A DNA stretch of 63,584 bases, the filler included, from Perkinsus chesapeaki ATCC PRA-425 (Eukaryota; Protista; Perkinsozoa), in assembly GCA_013115145.1 (NCBI GenBank). It is 8 parts of 8 records of this genome, joined end to end, with 100 filler letters (N's around TTAATTAATTAA, not from the genome) between each part and the next. Parts side by side here need not be neighbours in the genome. Positions count along the whole stretch, not along the records: positions 1 to 10,328 come from JAAPAO010000891.1; 7 more parts are not named here. One strand, given 5' to 3'. The notes beneath the pieces are model-generated. The model did no database searches. It worked only from the letters and a program-made list of their open reading frames with translations, and had not been told where the DNA came from. Positions 1 to 10,428 of the stretch are shown here, piece by piece. The translations under genes and the position numbers were made by a program. The number at the start of each line of letters is the position of its first letter. The stretch's first letter is position 1.

Positions 1-1157
1 GTTTGCAACAAGATTTGCCTTTTTACACTTTTTACAACAAACCGCCCGCCGTTTCACGTCCAGTTAATTCGCGCCTGTTGCGCTCGCCGTTTCATATCTA
101 CAGTATACTGTCTACTACAGTACAGCTTTTTACACGGTGCGCTGCGCACCAGCTATTCCAGAAAACACATAAGGAGACGCACGGTGCCCAAAGGCCAACC
201 TCTTGTGTAGGTAAATAGTTGAACCACATTTGATATTAAGGTTCTCTACTTCCAAAAGGGAAATCTCTATATAACGGAAGGCGGACTTTAAGTCCATAAC
301 GAAGGCTGAGCCAAGCAAATTACGCGATTTCGCCTATTTGAGTCACCATCTCAACAACAAACGGACATCTGAGAACCTTGGGAGGGACAAGGTTTGGGAG
401 AGTGAAACACCCGAATTAACCGAGCTCCTCCTATAGTCTTCAACAGCCCTAAAATGCTTAGGTCGTTGCTCGCTAGGGTCGGACGGACAAACAGCCTTTG
501 GAATAAGAGCCACAGGAGTAACCTTGCCATGAAAATCGCTGGCTTTGCCTAAGCGAATCATTCTACCAGCCTTGACATCATCATAGAGGATTTCTGGCAA
601 AAACGTACATTCTTAATAGTAGAGGAATGACTTTCCTCGACCAGTTCAGAAGGGCTTGGCCATAGGCCAAAGAACTGATTTAGGGATAGATACATTGGTG
701 CCTAAACCACTGCCTTGATCAATCCCTGAAGCCAGAATATCGGCTCCAGAAAAGCATTCTGTCTCACAAAAACGGAGCAAGCCAGAAATTATACTTCCGA
801 GATAATCTCAGTGAGATTCTTGGTAGGGCCTTACAACACGCTTGATCAAGCGCACGTTGGAACGCTAGTTCGTGTTCAGGTGGGAAATTACCATGGATAC
901 GAAGGTCAAGAACTTTATCGAGCGAGACTTTTTGTGAACCCTCTTCAAGGATCACAAAGAGCTCCTTTTTCTACACTACAAGATCCGTGACCAGAGGAAA
1001 ACTTGGGAGGACCCCATGGTGAAGGGGCTCGCAAGCCAACTCCAGAGTGATAAGAAGCCCTGTCTGAGCAAACTTGAGAATTAAGGGTCTTCACAGCCAT
1101 ATTAACAAACGCAGTAGAATAATACCAACCAAGAATGGAGCGGAAACTTAAAACCAG

Positions 1158-1210
1158 CCCCTAGGGATCAGACTGATCCGATCATCGGCTGATCATCATC
1201 CCCTAGGGAT
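1158..1210. repeat. Chain of short odd-centred palindromes between 11-bp direct repeats (cccctagggat)
   Basis: gatcag-a-ctgatc (1166-1178), ccgat-c-atcgg (1178-1188), tgat-c-atca (1190-1198); direct repeats at 1158-1168 and 1200-1210. Confidence 0.8.
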
Positions 1211-1685
1211 TTTTCCCCTTCACCAAAGGGCCTCTCGGCCCCAATTAGTTTTTTGGGTTCTGAACGGGTTTGCTGCCCTTATCTTCCGAGACTGTTGGCG
1301 CGGAAGCAGGTCGATGAGGCAGCTCACAAAACGACCTATGCCTCTAGCATCACGTACATCAATATGGCGAAAAGAGCATCGGGAACCTCTAGACTAGAGG
1401 CTCTGGTGCACTGACCCCTTTTGTAGTAAGCGCAAATCGGCCGTTCTTCACGCTTCTTGCCATGGCGATTCCGATCATCCTGCTCGTAGACATTGTCAAA
1501 GTCCTCCAGACCACCAAACTGTGCCATTAGATAAAGGCTAGGGTCCAAGTCCTTCTCAAGGACATCAAACGTCGATTCACCTTCTTGAGGGTACCCCGGC
1601 AGAGCAGACCGATACAGTATCGGTGATACTTATGATCAAACACGACCGCTGCTTGATCATTGCGCTTCCTAACTGAAGTATTTTC

Positions 1686-1714
1686 AACAAATACTTGAAG
1701 TTCAAGTATTTGTT
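1686..1714. repeat. Perfect palindrome, 14-bp arms, 1-nt centre
   Basis: aacaaatacttgaa-g-ttcaagtatttgtt. Confidence 0.95.
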
Positions 1715-2471
1715 CAAGTCTTCAACATTGCCAAGGGATTCAATTCTTTGTTGTCATCAGACACCATAAACAGAGCAGTACACCAACGACAGTAGGCTTC
1801 AACCACTGAGTTAAAGACGAGATTTTCCTCGACTTACCAGTTCTAATTGAAACAGCTTTGCCAGTATTGAGGTCTTCAACCTGTTGGACTCCAGACTTGT
1901 CAGTAGAAGCAGCTGAGACCAAGAACTCCGACGCAGGGAGATGCTCGAAAGGAGAACGAGATAACTTAGGTAAAGGTCTATAGGGCGGAACAAGGGTGGG
2001 TGGTTCAACATCAGGTCCAAAACGGGAGGTAATATTCTGCCTGAAACGCTGAAGATCCTCCTTTTCCTGTTCAGTGTCAACCATCTTGCGTTTCTCAACC
2101 TCCAGAGTGGTTGGTTTGAGCTCCGTCCTCCGCATCCCTAACTGGTCCCTTGCTCGGCTGAAGATTCTCTCACACGAGCTGGTAGTGAGCGTGAAGAATT
2201 GTGCGCAGTCTGCTGCTGCGGATAAGAGAGGAAATGAGGTGCGGGCCTTTCCCCAAAATCCATCGTATGTGTCTTCGTGGCAGCGTAACATTAGGTATTT
2301 TTTCACCTCAACCTCCACCCTTTTATGTAATTGTCCGTCAAGGACGGCGTTCTCTGAGGAAGTTGGAAGCTTTCCACCGCCGAAGAGGTCTCCAACACAA
2401 CTATCCTCTAATTTATTCTCGTCTGCGGTCAGATCTGTGATGTCCGGAGGCCTTTGAAGATTCGACGGTGG

Positions 2472-2493
2472 CTTCGACCGTCGAAGTTCGACG
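2472..2493. repeat. 22-nt double odd palindrome (excision-footprint pattern of an 8-bp duplication CTTCGACG)
   Basis: cttcgac-c-gtcgaa-g-ttcgacg. Confidence 0.85.
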
Positions 2494-2798
2494 TGTTGAC
2501 AGAAGGTATAAGCTCGAGCTCATTAGTTGCTGAATGAGCCTAGCCTTGCTGAGCATACCACGCAAAGAGGACTTAGAATTGGAGTCGAAGGACTCTCGAG
2601 AGGACTTCACTATCTGCAACTTTTCAACTCTTTCCAGCCTTATTTTTGGATGCAAGAGGGCCGGAAGTATGCAGTCGGGCGTCAACCTTGCGATGACCTA
2701 TTATTCAGACTAAACTAAACGGCGCGGTACGCAAACCCATGATACCAACCGCTTGATAGTTATATCACCCTATCTAGGAATCCCTGCCGGATTTTGCT

Positions 2799-2892
2799 CC
2801 TGGCATAATGCCAGGCATTAATATGCTCCTGGATAATGCAGAGGAGCCTATGATTCAGAATGCCAGTGGCATTCTGAATCATAGGCTCCTCT
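2799..2892. repeat. Palindrome array: 8-bp-arm and 26-bp-arm perfect palindromes with 1-nt centres
   Basis: cctggcat-a-atgccagg (2799-2815); agaggagcctatgattcagaatgcca-g-tggcattctgaatcataggctcctct (2840-2892). Confidence 0.97.
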
Positions 2893-4467
2893 TCCATTTC
2901 ATCATTCAATAGATGCTTCCAGCATCTCTCCAGTTCCCTACAATAGATATGCAGAAAGCGCGATCGAAGTCAGGTGAACGACTCGTAAATCAACATTTTC
3001 GTTACATCGTACATGATTGTCTTCGTCGAACCCAACTTCTTCTAGCTCTGAATGGCCAGTGTGGCATCTCGTAGCGGCTTGATAAGACTCATGAGTTGCT
3101 CTAGTTCTTTTTTCCTCGATAGTACTCGCTCGAAGAAGCTAACACAATGGCACATGAGACCTCTAGCCTAGCCTAAGTTTTGCTTTGGAGGAACCACAAG
3201 TAAACTCGCTCAGTCGCAAGGCGAATTTCAATAGTCACTACTGAGTAGTGAAAAAGCGTGCCTCTTACTACATTCCGTTCCCTTTCTCAATCAAAAGTGA
3301 CCCAAGGGGGTCCCAGGCATCGATAACGCTCTTCAACATATCAAACAGCGAATTCCATTTAACTTCATTCACTGGCTTCAACCTACAAATACACAAGCGG
3401 TGTCAGACATGCAATGTATGTCATACATCTGAAGTGAGCGGTGGCCACTCAAGAATATCACCCACTTATTATATCCTCTGTCTTTTATTTTACTGTTGAG
3501 CTTGGATTTTTTGACGTAGAGTACCATCCTAGCAGTCCCAGCTACTAACGCTGCTGCTGTGATTGGACGAGTGGACGCTAGGTCCCCTTCACTGAGTGCG
3601 GCTAGGTTGTTGCTCGCGGAATCGGTGCTGAATAATATTTTCTTGCCATCTAGTCCATATCTGGAGAGCACCTAATCATTATACTATAATGATTATAGTA
3701 GGGCTCGTTCAAATCTCTACGGAGACACAGCGAGCAATACAGTAACGTCATCTTTGCAGACTTTTCGTTATCAAGCTTGCATTGGTGACGTATCATAGAC
3801 GGAGTGTTTGAGTCGATGTGAGAGACAACCATTAAGCAGCGGTTACAAGCTGCAATATCATCAAGTATTTCATCATCAGTGATGATTCATCAAATATCCG
3901 CTTTACCAAACTGAAGTCTTTCCAAACTTTGCTCTTGCTCTTGGGCTTAGGACCAGCTAGTGCATAGGATAAAAGGTGAAGGGCTTGTCCCATCTGGGCA
4001 CCGTTTTGTTCACGTCTAGAGGTATCGAAGCACGAAGCGGATAGCTTCCGAATCTTGCGACTAGTACATTCTCCAGTTGAAACCAGGCTCTTTCTCCGTT
4101 TCTCCGGAATGGTTCTGCATTGAGGAGTCTTCATAGAGCGAGCGGGCTGATTCACCGGGGAGATTAGAGAATGGAGCACTTCTTCGGGGTCGTCAGAATA
4201 CATAGGGGAGGTATCACCGACATTAACGTCGTCTTTAGACGAGCTACTGGCGGAGTTGGACGTATTGGCAGCGTACTGTTTGCAATCGAAGGCGCATGGA
4301 TCATGAGATACAGGCATAGCAGCGAAAGTGGAAACTGGGCTGGCCCTGGTGAACAGATTCTCAACACCATCGCGCCAACTTGGCTAACAAAATCAGCGAA
4401 AATGCCACGCACGTGCGAGAAGCGGGAAATACATGTGGGTGGAGCGAAGCTCCGCCGAGAAAAAATC

Positions 4468-4580
4468 GAGACTCGTCTCGGCTCGGCAAAATACGACGAA
4501 CCGAGCCGAGCGAGTGAGCTCTTCGTGCTGGGCAGACGAGCCGAGCCAAGAGTCTCGTCTCGCCTTTGTGTGGAGGCCTG
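4468..4580. repeat. Clustered (C)GAGCCGAGC / GAGAC-GTCTC repeats; candidate subterminal region and left end of hAT relic 1
   Basis: ctcggctcggc, ccgagccgagcgag and acgagccgagcc occur in both orientations upstream of the transposase. The minus strand begins CAGGCCTCC at 4580, which resembles a hAT terminus, but no partner TIR was found. Confidence 0.45.
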
Positions 4581-4994
4581 ATCGGAAAGATTAGAAAGGA
4601 GTAGTTGAGAGAGAATTTTCTCCTTAACCAAATGCTCGACCACAATAGACTTTATTCCTTCATCGACTTGTTCGCCTTTCAATAGGGTGACCACTGTCTT
4701 GCGAACAATAATAGAGCGATCAACCATTAAAAGAAAATACGACGAAGGATGGAATTATAAGTTTTATAATTTTATAAATTGTAAACCTGATGGTGGCACT
4801 TTGACAGCGGACAACTTTGGTAAACTTACATGTGAGATATTGTGCTAAATGTCCCATTCGGGACAACTTTCGCAAACGAGCTATATAGCTCGCTTAATCG
4901 ATTATTGCTATAGATTAGACAATTGTAGTTATATTATTAATGTATTCCCTTTGGGCTGTGCTGTTACATATACTTGAAGGCTTAGTTGATATTG

Positions 4995-6247
4995 GAGCGA
5001 CCGATGCTTTACTATTGAGTGCTGTTTATGATCAGATTTGAAAGCTCTGTCCCGATGCGCCCCCTTTAGAGTCCCGTAATGCTACTGGCACCCTTGCTAA
5101 TGGTACCGTCGAAGAAGTTGCAGACACGGTGGGCCTCAGCCTGCTTTTCTGCGACCAACACGTAACTCATGATTTTTATGTCGTTAAGGACCTCCAGCCT
5201 GTGTGGGCTTCTACGATTCGTAGAAGATGTTTGCAAGTTCTTTAATATACAGCTAGACGTTCAGCACGTAAAAAGCTCGGAGAATTCAGCGGACTGTCCT
5301 TCTCGATTACCAAAGCCCATAGGAGATAAAATATTTCGTCTTATCGCCCACCTAGATGAACTATCGGGTGAAGTTCCTGATCCCAGCACCGCGGGTATCA
5401 AGCAAAGATACCGAAGAGTCTATCGTATAAACTCGCAACTGGTTACAACAACCCCCACGGAAAAACGGGAAAATACAAATACCAGCCGAGCGAGCCGATG
5501 AAGTTATATTACGTTTGCACAACCATCAGGGCCAGCAAGCCATGTTCGACAGTGTCCGGGGCTGGATCGACATGCCGGGGTTAGCGAGGAGGATTAACCA
5601 ACACAAATGCGAAACGTGCGCGGCCGGGAAATCATTCCCCGGGTGACAGAAAGCCGATACAACCTTTGTCATCTATCCCAAAGGCAACTCATCCCTTCAC
5701 TAGGTTGCATGCCGATATCGCAGGCCCGTATTCGCGGGTAATGGAAGGAAGTAGTCGATACTATACTGTATCGATGATAGACAGCTTTTCGGGATTCGTA
5801 GCAATTCGCACAACTCTGAATATGCCGACCGCCTCCGATATAAGCAATTTGATAACGTTGTTAGCGGATACTTTCCTCACAACACCGCTGATATTGCACA
5901 CTGATATGGGTAATTTTCAGCCGTCAGTTGCGTCAATTTTCAGCCGCATCAGTGGAGTCTCTAGTAGAGACTCTCTACTCAAAACATGGGACACTGTGCA
6001 TTTAACTACCCCTAGGGGGAGCTCATTCTGTAATGGGAAAGTTGAGCGTATCCACCGGTTTATTAACGAGTATCTCAGAACACACAACAGCAAAACTATG
6101 ACATATACGCGGTTTTGTACGTTGTCACGCAAAGCTGCCCGGCTATGGAATACTACTCGCCGAAGGGGGAGTAGCCCGCATGGAATGATCTTCAGATTTA
6201 AGCCTGACCCTGGCACACATGTTCCTAGGGCATGTAGGGAAGATTAG
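4995..6247 (+). mobile_element. LTR retrotransposon pol 3' fragment (RNase H C-terminal half, H2C2 zinc domain, integrase core), BEL/Pao-like
   Basis: LRFVEDV...HVKSSENSADCPSR (RNase H end), LHNHQG...CETC, LHADIAGPY...IDSFSGF...LHTDMG...NGKVERIHR (rve integrase); stops and frameshifts. Confidence 0.8.
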
Positions 6248-6502
6248 GGATATTTCGAGCGTTGTATAGCTCCGCATACAGGGCAAAAGATTGCTCCTGG
6301 CACGCGCGTCTTGTGATCCCTGTTAGAAAAGGGGGCATGTGCCGCTGTGCGCACGCACGCAACATGGGACATCCCACACAATACATCCCGCTCGCTATAA
6401 TGATCTATTGTAGTTGATTTATACAAGGTTATTCACGAAAGCAGGCCGCCCGTTTTTGGACTATCGGTAGGTCCAGCGGTCCTAGAAGCTTTTGTTTCCC
6501 GC

Positions 6503-7009
6503 TTGGTCGACCTAATGTACCATCTTGGTGTTATTTGGAGGTTAAGTAATGGCCACTTTGAAGTGGAGTGCCCTGTTGTAGATGTCCCATCTGAAGCTGG
6601 TCCCTCCTACACCAAACGGCACTTGTTCACTCTAAGTGGAAAAATGTTTGACCCTTTACGACGACATTCTACATGGAGGTATTGCGTTGATGCTCTACGA
6701 GTCCTCTCAGAAAAATGGAAAGATGTTTGGGATTATGTTCATGTGCTTTCAGAGGCTGAGAAGAAGATTGTCAAACTCGTTGTGGACAAGATCCAAGAAG
6801 CTGCGAAGCCGCACAGCCATATAGTCTCCTATGAGAAGAGTGACAAATTTGTTATCGGAAGCGATGCCTTTTGTGATGGCTATGATTGGCTTGTGTTCTT
6901 AGCCAATGGCATTGATACGACTTCGTCCTTTGGTCTCGCGTGCTCGCCTATGGCGTATGAGCCAGAGGTACTGGCCAGTCATCCCTGTAAGCGTAAAATC
7001 GTACTTTAA
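6503..7009 (+). mobile_element. BEL/Pao-like pol fragment (RT C-terminus and start of RNase H)
   Basis: LGVIW..., TKRHLFTLSGKMFDPL (compare BEL/Pao TKRxxLSxxxxxFDPLG), FVIGSDAFCDGY (RNase H first Asp). Confidence 0.72.
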
Positions 7010-7554
7010 AGCGGGAAACGTTACAGAAGCGGAAGAGTATGCCTTTCCATGCTTTCAGCGGGAAATTAGGTAGCAATGAAATCGCACATGGCTCCTTATA
7101 TAAAATGCAGAGCATGTGCGTCATGTGATGTTTCATGAATCCCGATGGAATTACCCCGTGTAAAACCGCGCAGGCTGCGCGTAATAGAACATCAATTAAC
7201 GGCATAATAACGGCGAAGGTTGGGAGAAATTCATCTTCCATCCTAGCAACTAGAGTCTAGTTTAGGGTGCCGAGTGAATGATGTTTTCTACATTAGAAAT
7301 GCTACTCATCATCACTTTCCTCGCTGACTAGGGAATATGACTTTAGCATTAAGACGTACTCTTCCTCTCCGTCGGAGGAATTTTCCTGTTCCATACCTCC
7401 TTCGAAAAGGACATCGTCATACACAAAGTCATCATCACCGGAGCTAGAGGCCATAGGATGCCCCTTCTGTCCCGCTTTGATGGCTTCCTAATTGAAACTT
7501 TTTTCGCCCCGGCTTAATGGATGCCCACATATCAACTGAGTCGTAGTCAGCGAA

Positions 7555-7642
7555 GCGCACGATTTATCGATATTATCGATAAATCCTGCGCCTCGCTGCG
7601 AAGAGTCTTCGCTTATCGAATCGATAATATCGATTCGATAAG
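7555..7642. repeat. Array of three perfect odd-centred palindromes (12, 7 and 15 bp arms)
   Basis: gatttatcgata-t-tatcgataaatc (7561-7585), gcgaaga-g-tcttcgc (7598-7612), cttatcgaatcgata-a-tatcgattcgataag (7612-7642). Confidence 0.95.
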
Positions 7643-7681
7643 GCATCAAGATTTTCGCCTTTCAAGCGGTTCCTCACCTTG

Positions 7682-7703
7682 GATCTGAATCAGATCATCT
7701 GAT
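7682..7703. repeat. 22-nt double odd palindrome (excision-footprint pattern of an 8-bp duplication GATCTGAT)
   Basis: gatctga-a-tcagat-c-atctgat; creates the TGA stop that ends ORF 7695..8180. Confidence 0.9.
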
Positions 7704-8980
7704 ACGTTGGAGCGCATTGAAACCGCGCTCTGGGTCACAAGAATCCGCCGCGATGGCAGACTTAATCGCCAAAGTGTGCGAATAGATTCGCAGATTTTTA
7801 TCTTCACCTGCCTGTTTCAGTTCCAGATCCAAAACCACCCGCTCATCGTAGATGTTTCTCTCATGTGCCGCCTTGGCCAAACGCCGATTGGTTCTTTCAA
7901 ATGCCTCGACGAACTCCGCTTCGGTGCACTCGTAATGACGTGAATGTATTTCCCAATGGTTGCGAGCCGCTCTGGTTGTCAGTTTCTTCGAAAATACACC
8001 TCCTGGCTTGGGAAAGCCAGCCGCCTCAGAATCAGAGTTTATAAGCCATGCACCGAAGTCATGCACTTGCACCTCTTGCGCTGCGGCCATCGCAGGTTCC
8101 CTCTTACGCAGTCGCTGGCGCATAAACTTCGTGAATTCTCTGGCCGGCTCCGAGTCCACATCTTCCACGAGATCGTCCAAAGCCTTGTTGGCTCGCTGGA
8201 AGTGGAGATATACCTGGTATTAGAGTTGGCTCTCTGTAACCTTATAGATAGGAGGTAGAGTATGCGCATAGCATTCGTGAGGCCCTCAAAGTCCTTCGCT
8301 TCCGGCCCAACTTGGGCCGCCCAAGCATCCGCAAGATGACCTCTGCTTCCTGAGAGTACCGACGTGCCATATTAGTGCTCAGGAACTCGATCACGGCTTC
8401 AAGACCGAGCCGTAGGGACCTCATGACCATATAGCGAGATAGCCATCGCGTTTCACACCAGGGCTTGGGAAGGTACAGCTTCTCAAACTGCTAAGAGATC
8501 GCAATGAACTCGGCCCTATTGCTGGTGGATCGATTGAAAAATAAGTAGCTGTTGCGTACGCAGGCTTTGCAATCTGCAGCCAAGCGCAGAATAACATTGT
8601 TCGTACAGGTTTTATTATCAAAAGGACCAGTTGTAGCTAGATTGATTCTGTGTTGATACAATGTTCCTTTCTCAATCGCCCACCACACCACTCTTCCAAC
8701 AGCGCTGCTGCACTTGAGCGGGCTCCGGTCATTGTACACCTTTGTGACTTTTTTCAGTTTAGCAGGGAGATCACGAGCTTGTTAATTTAAAGGTCGAGTG
8801 TTCCACTCCCTGAGGCGACATAACTGGCGAACTCTGTCCGTCCGGCGGATGGATTAGCACTTTTTGGGGTCCCCCAAAAAGTAATATCCCCGATCAATAA
8901 TGAGATCAATAATGATAATGGGATCAAGAATTATCCCGCATCATTATTGGGTCAATGCGATATTCAATTGTATAGTGAGA

Positions 8981-9045
8981 TTGCTCTAGTGGTATAAGGG
9001 CCATCTGGCATAGGCAAGGTTCTTGGTTCGAATCTGTGCAGGAGT
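8981..9045 (+). other. Degenerate tRNA-like / SINE-head sequence
   Basis: A-box-like TAGTGGTAT and B-box GGTTCGAATC at tRNA-like spacing; acceptor and anticodon stems do not pair. Confidence 0.3.
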
Positions 9046-9371
9046 AATAGTAGCATAGTAATTACCATTGGTTATCTACCAATTTATCTACATGTTGCAT
9101 TTTAGACCAAATTTGGCAATTTTGTCGACAGTCGACTTTCATATATCTGGTTCATAATTTCCCGTTACTTAACCTGCCTTTTCTACTCCATAAACGCAAC
9201 TTCACCCGACTCAACAAGAAGCATGAGACTCAAGAAGGACAGATGGGAAAAATCTGAACGCGGTAGTTTACACTGGGTATGATCAAAGTGTGAAAACTAA
9301 GCCCCAAGACTTTATAACAGGCTTGGATGGAATCCAGCTAATGCCAACTCAGTTCTAATAACTGGGAGTGA

Positions 9372-10328
9372 TCAGAATTTCCCTCTCATAATGACTGTTG
9401 TCACACTGCGCTCTTCGATATTCTTAAGTGCGATGGAAGAGTAATAGCCTCCACCAAGATCGAGTTCAACTAGGAACTCCGATATAGTTGCATTGCTCTC
9501 GCGACGGTCATCGCACAGGATCTGAGGATAGGCAGGTTTTCTCAGCCATATCTAGCCCGCCGTACTGCGAGAACAATTTCCGTTCGATCTGGGCTAATTG
9601 CGGCCATCGCTTCCATACCAGCTGGGAAGATGCCGTCAGGAAGCCGACCCGGATCTGGTATATCCAGCGAAGTCAGAAGATGATACCCTGGCTTGAAATA
9701 CTTTGTGATTTGCCCAAAGACATAGTATGGCGTATTAAGCTGAGAATTAGAAGGGATGTACTCAACCAGGAGCATAGATGTGTCTCATCGGATAATCAAA
9801 CTTACTACGAATGTCTCGCTGTCCTTCACTGTTATAAGGTAATTATCCTGAAAAGATGAGGTAAGGCTGAACATCATCAAGTATGTGGCCCGCCGGGGAG
9901 CTACTGTAGCTCAACCTTGAGCTGCAACTAACGTGCAAAACATTCACATAAAGCTCGCGTGAGCATGCTCGTTTACAGCAGCCAGCCCTTATTCGAGCCA
10001 CGAATGTGAGAGATCAACAGACTCTGTTCAACAGAGAGCTTACTCCAGTCATTGCCCAATCGACGAATGCGCTTGATCCTCCGTAGACGAAATCGACGAT
10101 CGTGCCATGCGCGTAATGCACTGCCCTGTCCCAGTCTGTTTTATAGTGAAGTTCCATTATGGGATCACTGTTAGCTGATTTGAAAATTGAGAATCACGAT
10201 AAAAACGTTGGCTAGCTTACTCGCCTCTGTACTGATAAGAGAGTATGACTTCAAATACTTTTGGTTATATTCTTTGAGAGAATCGTATTGATCAAAAGTG
10301 TACCAATGGACTGCTGCACCTTCAACAT
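9372..10328 (-). pseudogene. Glycoside hydrolase family 30 (glucosylceramidase-like) gene, 3' part, multi-exon, probably disrupted
   Basis: VEGAAVHWY...LISTEA (nucleophile region), DWDRAVHYAH...AFVDWAM, GGP, TPYYVFGQITKYFKPG, MEAMAAISPD, C-terminal SVTTVIMRGKF* (stop 9372-9374). A putative exon contains an in-frame TAG at 9901-9903. Truncated by the contig end. Confidence 0.78.
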
Positions 10329-10428
10329 NNNNNNNNNNNNNNNNNNNNNNNNNNNNNNNNNNNNNNNNNNNNTTAATTAATTAANNNNNNNNNNNNNNNN
10401 NNNNNNNNNNNNNNNNNNNNNNNNNNNN
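10329..10428. other. Artificial contig-joining linker
   Basis: N44-TTAATTAATTAA-N44 (stops in all six frames). Confidence 0.99.

Larger units (their letters stand above)
1..2100 (-). mobile_element. Decayed Ngaro/DIRS-like (tyrosine-recombinase class) retrotransposon: gag-like ORF with CCCH finger, then reverse transcriptase fragments
   Basis: Minus-strand pieces: RKISSLTQWLK(AY)...AVVFDHKYHRY (gag-like), CAYYKRGQCTR (C3H finger), VALIPK...FRAVEDYR and MDLKSAFRYIEI...LAFGHRASPYVF (RT). In-frame stops at 334-336 and 343-345 plus frameshifts. No recombinase ORF is visible because the element runs off the window start. Confidence 0.62.
2100..4317 (-). pseudogene. hAT-superfamily transposase relic 1 (BED finger, catalytic region, C-terminal dimerisation domain)
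   Basis: KSKVWKDF...CNRC...SMIRHQC (BED finger, frameshifted), FSTDSASNNLAAL, ELEQLMSLIKPLRDATLAIQS, ALLHPKIRL, EVKKYL...GFW...SSCERIFSRARDQLGMRRTELKPTTLE. Multiple stops and frameshifts. Confidence 0.8.
7310..8780 (-). pseudogene. hAT-superfamily transposase relic 2
   Basis: PWCETRWLSRYMVM motif (in-frame TAG at 8491-8493 just upstream), ADSCDPERGFNALQRIR, which continues as SKVRNRLKGENLDAL after removing a 14-nt insertion; then DYDSVDMWASIKPGRKK and an acidic tail. Confidence 0.77.

Noticed and set aside
334-8493. In-frame TAG/TAA/TGA within otherwise recognisable TE proteins, suggesting stop-codon reassignment or readthrough
   Set aside because: Host genes end normally in TGA (dynein), TAA (PDI, RER1) and TAG (cathepsin), and the same relics also have frameshifts; ordinary decay explains this.
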